Of a stretch of 32,000 nt of DNA, positions 27,960 through 32,000 are shown one piece after another; within the stretch, counting starts at the first letter, position 1, and each line of letters starts with the position of its first letter. Below the pieces are notes generated by a model. It saw only the letters and a program-made list of their open reading frames with translations, was not told the origin of the DNA and did no database searches. Where the stretch lies: positions 1,110,001 to 1,142,000 of the forward strand of contig OY969931.1 in the NCBI GenBank assembly GCA_963704705.1. Direction: 5' to 3'. The stretch is from an uncultured bacterium. GTDB taxonomy: Bacteria > Patescibacteriota > Gracilibacteria > UBA1369 > PNNO01. The position numbers and the translations under genes were made by a program.

Positions 27960-28514
27960 ATGGCTAAAGAAAAATCAGGACTAAAAGAACGGTTTTATAA
28001 AGAAATAGCTCCCAAGTTAATGGCTGATTTAGGGATAACTAACCTGAACGCTGTACCAAGACTTGATAAAGTCGTTATAAATGCCGGTCTTGGAAGTCAT
28101 TACACTTCAGGAAGCAAAGACTTTTCAGTATTTGAAGATAACTTTAGCGCAATATCAGGTCAAAAACCGGTTGTAAGAAAATCTAAAAAAGCAATTTCGA
28201 ACTTCAAGATAAGACAGGGTATGCCTAACGGTGTAATGGTAACACTCAGAGGAGATAGAATGTATGACTTTATTGATAAACTGGTTAATATTGTATTCCC
28301 TCGAGTAAGAGACTTCAGAGGAATATCAAAAAAAGCATTTGATGGAAGAGGAAATTATTCAGTTGGACTAAAAGAACACATTGTATTCCCTGAAATTAAT
28401 CCTGATGATATTGCTAAAATCCATGGTTTACAAATATGCGTAAATACAACTGCTGGAAATGATGAACATGGAAAAGCATTATTAGTCGCATTGGGATTCC
28501 CGTTTAAAAAATAA
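27960..28514 (+). CDS. rplE: 50S ribosomal protein L5 (uL5)
   Basis: LKERFYKEIAPKLMADLGITNLNAVPRLDKVVINAGLG...GQKPVVRKSKKAISNFKIRQGMPNGVMVTLRGDRMYDFIDKLVNIVFPRVRDFRG. Confidence 0.98.
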   Translation: MAKEKSGLKERFYKEIAPKLMADLGITNLNAVPRLDKVVINAGLGSHYTSGSKDFSVFEDNFSAISGQKPVVRKSKKAISNFKIRQGMPNGVMVTLRGDRMYDFIDKLVNIVFPRVRDFRGISKKAFDGRGNYSVGLKEHIVFPEINPDDIAKIHGLQICVNTTAGNDEHGKALLVALGFPFKK

Positions 28515-28526
28515 CTTTAATTAAAT

Positions 28527-28751
28527 ATGGCTCGTACAGCACTAATCGTAAAAACTAAGAAAAAGCAGAAAGAATACCTTAATGCATTGCAGCAAGGTAA
28601 AAAGCCTAAATTCCCAACAAGAGTTTATAACAGATGCGAAAGATGCGGCAGAAACAGAGGATATTTGAGAAAGTTCAATATGTGCAGAATATGCGTAAGA
28701 GAACTTGCTCAAAAAGGAAAGATTGCAGGGCTTACAAAGTCTTCTTGGTAG
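28527..28751 (+). CDS. rpsZ: 30S ribosomal protein S14, zinc-binding type (uS14)
   Basis: [46 protein letters not shown]; CxxC...CxxC zinc motif. Confidence 0.95.
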   Translation: MARTALIVKTKKKQKEYLNALQQGKKPKFPTRVYNRCERCGRNRGYLRKFNMCRICVRELAQKGKIAGLTKSSW

Positions 28752-28807
28752 AGCGTAGCGGATCGAAAATAACTATAACTACTACATACTAATTATAAAT
28801 TTATAAC

Positions 28808-29194
28808 ATGAATACAGACCCAATCTCAGATTATTTAACTAGAATCAGGAATGCGTCGAGAGCGAAACATTCGAAAGTTGTAATACCATATTCAAAACTT
28901 AAGGAAGAGATTACAAAAGTATTACAAAAAAGAAAATTCTTAGGTGCATATGAAGTAAAAGAAAACGGTAAATTCAAAGAATTAGTTGTTGAAATAAAAC
29001 CTTGGAGTATGGAGCCGTTAACATTAACAAGAGTAAGCAGACCCGGTCAAAGAATCTATATGAACCATAAAGATATTAGAGCCGTAAAAAACGGTCTTGG
29101 AGTATTGATACTATCAACATCTAAAGGAATTATGCCCGGAGAAGAAGCGCGAGATAAAAAAATGGGTGGTGAAGCAATCTGTAAAGTTTATTAA
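28808..29194 (+). CDS. rpsH: 30S ribosomal protein S8 (uS8)
   Basis: MNTDPISDYLTRIRNASRAKHSKVVIPYSKLKEEI...RPGQRIYMNHKDIRAVKNGLGVLILSTSKGIMPGEEARDKKMGGEAICKVY. Confidence 0.97.
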   Translation: MNTDPISDYLTRIRNASRAKHSKVVIPYSKLKEEITKVLQKRKFLGAYEVKENGKFKELVVEIKPWSMEPLTLTRVSRPGQRIYMNHKDIRAVKNGLGVLILSTSKGIMPGEEARDKKMGGEAICKVY

Positions 29195-29240
29195 CAGAGC
29201 GCAGCATAAGCGGAGCTCTATGGAGCGAAGCGAAGCGAAA
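29194..29240 (+). repeat. Dispersed GAGCGAAGCGAGC-type element after rpsH
   Basis: acagagcgcagcataagcggagctctatggagcgaagcgaagcgaaa, immediately at the rpsH stop. Confidence 0.65.
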
Positions 29241-29272
29241 AATAATAATTATAATAATAAAATTAAATCACA

Positions 29273-29824
29273 ATGTCACGAATAGGAAAATTACCAATTG
29301 AAATACCAGCAGGAGTTACCGTTGATATAAAAAACGGGTTAGTAACTGTGAAAGGACCTAATGGCGAATTATCTGAAGCAATTCATCCTAATATTAAAAT
29401 AGAGGTAAAAGATAATGAAATTCTTTGTTTAAGAGAAGGTGAAGATAATTTATCAAGAAGTCTGCATGGATTATCTCGAAATCTTATTAACAACATGGTT
29501 ATAGGGGTTACAAAAGGTTTTGAAAGACGACTAGAAATAATCGGTGTTGGATATAAAGCTCAGCCATCGGGAAATAAAGTTACACTTAATCTAGGTTATT
29601 CTCACCCGATTGAATATAAAGCTCCTGAAGGGATTAAATTCGAACTTGATCCTGATAAAAAGAACTTATTAATTATTACAGGAAACAGTAAACAAGTAGT
29701 TGGTGAAGTAGCGGCAAAAGTAAGAAGCTACAGAAAACCAGAACCATATAAAGGAAAAGGTATTAGATACTCTGATGAATATGTTGCACGTAAAGTTGGT
29801 AAAGCAGTAGCGAAAGGCGAATAA
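29273..29824 (+). CDS. rplF: 50S ribosomal protein L6 (uL6)
   Basis: MSRIGKLPIEIPAGVTVDIKNGLVTVKGPNGELS...SLHGLSRNLINNMVIGVTKGFERRLEIIGVGYKAQ...GKGIRYSDEYVARKVGKA. Confidence 0.98.
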   Translation: MSRIGKLPIEIPAGVTVDIKNGLVTVKGPNGELSEAIHPNIKIEVKDNEILCLREGEDNLSRSLHGLSRNLINNMVIGVTKGFERRLEIIGVGYKAQPSGNKVTLNLGYSHPIEYKAPEGIKFELDPDKKNLLIITGNSKQVVGEVAAKVRSYRKPEPYKGKGIRYSDEYVARKVGKAVAKGE

Positions 29825-29868
29825 CAGAGCGAGCGATAGCGAGCTCTATGGAACGAAGTGGAGCGGAA
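29824..29868 (+). repeat. Dispersed GAGCGAAGCGAGC-type element after rplF
   Basis: acagagcgagcgatagcgagctctatggaacgaagtggagcgga, immediately at the rplF stop. Confidence 0.65.
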
Positions 29869-29905
29869 TAAAATAATTACTAAATAATAAATTAATTATC
29901 ATAAA

Positions 29906-30250
29906 ATGCCATCAGTAAAAGAAATCACAAGAAAAAGACGACATCAAAAAATCTCTAAGAAAGTTAGAGGAACTGCAGCAAGACCAAGATTAGTTATATT
30001 TAAGAGTAATATGAGTACTTATGTTCAGTTAATTGATGACGACGCAAATAAGACATTAACTTGCATATCAGACGTAAAAGATAAAAAGCCAACTAATGTT
30101 GAAAGCGCAAAGAAAATCGGTTTGGAAGTTGCAAAGAAAGCAAAAGAATTAAAAGTTGATACCTGCGTATTTGATCGCAATGGATATAAATATCACGGCT
30201 TAGTTAAAGCATTAGCTGATGCTGCTCGTGAAGGAGGACTAAACTTTTAA
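29906..30250 (+). CDS. rplR: 50S ribosomal protein L18 (uL18)
   Basis: KRRHQKISKKVRGTAARPRLVIFKSNMSTYVQLIDDDANKTL...VFDRNGYKYHGLVKALADAAREGGLNF. Confidence 0.96.
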   Translation: MPSVKEITRKRRHQKISKKVRGTAARPRLVIFKSNMSTYVQLIDDDANKTLTCISDVKDKKPTNVESAKKIGLEVAKKAKELKVDTCVFDRNGYKYHGLVKALADAAREGGLNF

Positions 30251-30286
30251 TTACTAATTACTAATTTCTAATAACTAATTATAGAT

Positions 30287-30838
30287 ATGGGAAAACCAGC
30301 ACATAAAAAAGGTAGATCACCAATGAAAGAAGTTAAGGAATACGAAGAAGAAGTAATTCAGATTGATCGTGTTACCAGAGTAGTAAAAGGTGGACGAAGA
30401 CTTAGATTCAGAGCAACTGTTGTTATTGGCAACAGAAAAGGTAAAGTCGGAATCGGTATCGGAAAATCTACCGAGGTTGCTGCTGCAATTCAAAAAGCAA
30501 TCCAAAAAGCTAAACGTTCACTAATTATTGTTCCTATTTTCAGAGATACAATCCCGCACGATATTAAACATAAATTTAAGAGTTCAAGAATTATGATGAT
30601 GCCTGCTGGAGAAGGTACCGGTATTATTGCAGGAGGTGCAGTTCGTAAAGTTGTGGAATTGGCTGGAATTAAAAATATTTTAAGTAAATCGTTTGGAACA
30701 AATAATAAAGTGAGTAATACTCAATGTGCTTATGAAACTTTAAAACTATTAAGAAAAAGAACAGAAAGACCAAAAGCAGGAGCGACCAAAGCGGAGCTTC
30801 TTAAGGAGCAAAGCGAAGCGAAACCATCAAAAGAATAA
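30287..30838 (+). CDS. rpsE: 30S ribosomal protein S5 (uS5)
   Basis: VIQIDRVTRVVKGGRRLRFRATVVIGNRKGKVGIGIGKSTEVAAAIQKAIQKAKRSLI...GTGIIAGGAVRKVVELAGIKNILSKSFG. Confidence 0.97.
   Translation: MGKPAHKKGRSPMKEVKEYEEEVIQIDRVTRVVKGGRRLRFRATVVIGNRKGKVGIGIGKSTEVAAAIQKAIQKAKRSLIIVPIFRDTIPHDIKHKFKSSRIMMMPAGEGTGIIAGGAVRKVVELAGIKNILSKSFGTNNKVSNTQCAYETLKLLRKRTERPKAGATKAELLKEQSEAKPSKE
30780..30825 (+). repeat. Dispersed GAGCGAAGCGAGC-type element, in-frame copy near the 3' end of rpsE
   Basis: agcgaccaaagcggagcttcttaaggagcaaagcgaagcgaaa, read as ATKAELLKEQSEAK. Resembles the tuf-downstream copy (gagcgaccaaag-ggagctctttggagc). Confidence 0.6.
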
Positions 30839-30858
30839 TTCTATAAATTTAATTTAAA

Positions 30859-31410
30859 ATGACATTAACAGTATTAAAAAGCAATCAGGGAGCAAGGCAT
30901 AAAAGCAAACGTCTTGGACGTGGTAACGGTTCAGGAAAAGGAACTTATAGTGGAAGAGGTATGAAAGGTCAGAAAGCAAGAAGTGGCGGTGGAGTAAGAC
31001 CGGGATTTGAAGGAGGACAAACTCCTTTCGTTCAAAAAATGCCTAAATTAAAAGGATTTAGAAATCCAAATCATATTAATTATCAGGTTGTGAATGTTAA
31101 AGATCTTGAAATGTTTGATAGCGGAGCAGCAATTGATGCAACTTCACTATTTGAAAAAGGATTGGTTGCAAAGAAAAATTTCCCTGTTAAGATTTTAGGA
31201 GATGGTGAAATTACAAAAAAATTAAATGTTAAAGTAAATAGTATTTCAAAAAGTGCTGAAGAAAAAATAACTAAAGCAGGCGGTAAGTGCGAACTTCTAC
31301 CTAAGAAAGAAAAGATTGAAGGAAAAAAAGCAAAAGCTATAAGAGTAGCTAAAGAAGAAAAAGAAGCAAAAGCTGAAGAGGCTCCAGCTGAAGAAGAGCC
31401 TAAAGCATAA
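30859..31410 (+). CDS. rplO: 50S ribosomal protein L15 (uL15)
   Basis: LKSNQGARHKSKRLGRGNGSGKGTYSGRGMKGQKARSGGGVRPGFEGGQTPFVQKMPKLKGFRNPNH, with a K/E/A-rich tail. Confidence 0.97.
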   Translation: MTLTVLKSNQGARHKSKRLGRGNGSGKGTYSGRGMKGQKARSGGGVRPGFEGGQTPFVQKMPKLKGFRNPNHINYQVVNVKDLEMFDSGAAIDATSLFEKGLVAKKNFPVKILGDGEITKKLNVKVNSISKSAEEKITKAGGKCELLPKKEKIEGKKAKAIRVAKEEKEAKAEEAPAEEEPKA

Positions 31411-31424
31411 CCCTCCCCTACTAA

Positions 31425-32000
31425 ATGATTAAATATTTAAAACAAATCTGGAATTCAAAGGATTTACGAAAAAAAATCCTTTTTACAATTTCAATTCTAG
31501 TTATTTATAGAATTTGTACTCAAATATCTATTCCGGGTGCAGATTTGGATGCTATCAGAACAGTAATCAATAAAAACCAATTACTTGGTATTTTCAGTGC
31601 ATTAACAGGTGGATCAGCAAAAAACTTTTCTATTATTTTGATGGGACTTTCACCTTACATCAATGCATCTATCATAATGCAGCTTTTGACTGTAATTGTG
31701 CCGAAACTTGAAAACTTATCGAAAGAAGGTGAAGCAGGAAGAAGAAAAATTAATCAGTATACAAGATGGATGGCTGTGCCAATCGCATTCCTTCAGTCTT
31801 ACGGAATGATTGTACTTATTAATTCACAGGCTGCAGTGCCTATTGTGCCAAATATTGCCGACCCTGCTGTTGTATTGCCGATAATGCTAACTATCACAGC
31901 TGGAACAATATTCTTGATGTGGCTTGGTGAACTTATTACTGAAAGCGGTATCGGAAATGGTATTTCACTTATAATCTTCGCGGGTATTATCGCAAATATA
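31425..32000 (+). CDS. secY: Preprotein translocase subunit SecY, 5' portion (truncated at window end)
   Basis: Hand-translated from ATG 31425: MIKYLKQIWNSKDLRKKILFTISILVIYRICTQISIPGADLDAIRTV...FSIILMGLSPYINASIIMQLLTVIVPKLENLSKEGEAGRRKINQYTRWMAVPIAFLQSYGMI. The frame is open to the window end. Confidence 0.96.
   Translation, partial: MIKYLKQIWNSKDLRKKILFTISILVIYRICTQISIPGADLDAIRTVINKNQLLGIFSALTGGSAKNFSIILMGLSPYINASIIMQLLTVIVPKLENLSKEGEAGRRKINQYTRWMAVPIAFLQSYGMIVLINSQAAVPIVPNIADPAVVLPIMLTITAGTIFLMWLGELITESGIGNGISLIIFAGIIANI

Noticed and set aside
1-32000. Possible CRISPR array, tRNA, rRNA or tmRNA
   Set aside because: Visual scan found no regularly spaced direct repeats with unique spacers and no cloverleaf or rRNA signatures. 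A tool such as tRNAscan-SE or Infernal would be needed for certainty.
1-32000. Alternative genetic code 25 (UGA = Gly)
   Set aside because: All core genes are complete under the standard code and UGA acts as a plausible stop at 14702-14704.

Overview
The window is the core transcription/translation locus of an AT-rich bacterium, most likely a Candidate Phyla Radiation (Patescibacteria) lineage. That assignment is an inference from gene content, the absence of uL30 and the small K/E-rich proteins. Gene order: rpoB (3' part) - ssb - Ca2+/Na+ exchanger - rpoC - rpsL - rpsG - [SLH/beta-propeller protein, minus] - [roughly 0.9 kb small-ORF island] - fusA - 3 small ORFs - tuf - 2 ORFs - rpsJ - [FG-GAP-like protein and SanA/YdcF-like protein, minus] - 2 'FSENRLV' ORFs - rplC rplD rplW rplB rpsS rplV rpsC rplP rpmC rpsQ rplN rplX rplE rpsZ rpsH rplF rplR rpsE rplO secY (5' part). 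I found no CRISPR array, transposase, tRNA or rRNA. The items most worth follow-up are: (1) a GC-richer island at about 11.3-12.0 kb with two tandem minus-strand one-TM micropeptide genes, each with a strong Shine-Dalgarno (SD) and its own terminator, in a locus whose other genes look SD-less; (2) a candidate attenuator/switch leader upstream of rpsJ, with structured leaders also upstream of rplC, tuf and fusA; (3) a dispersed GAGCGAAGCGAGC-type element at gene 3' ends that is also read in frame inside ssb, rpsC and rpsE; (4) a shared N-terminal 'FSENRLV' tag on two adjacent, otherwise dissimilar ORFs; (5) a triple 15-bp palindromic repeat after tuf. No single element is a proven new system. 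All functional readings are hypotheses.
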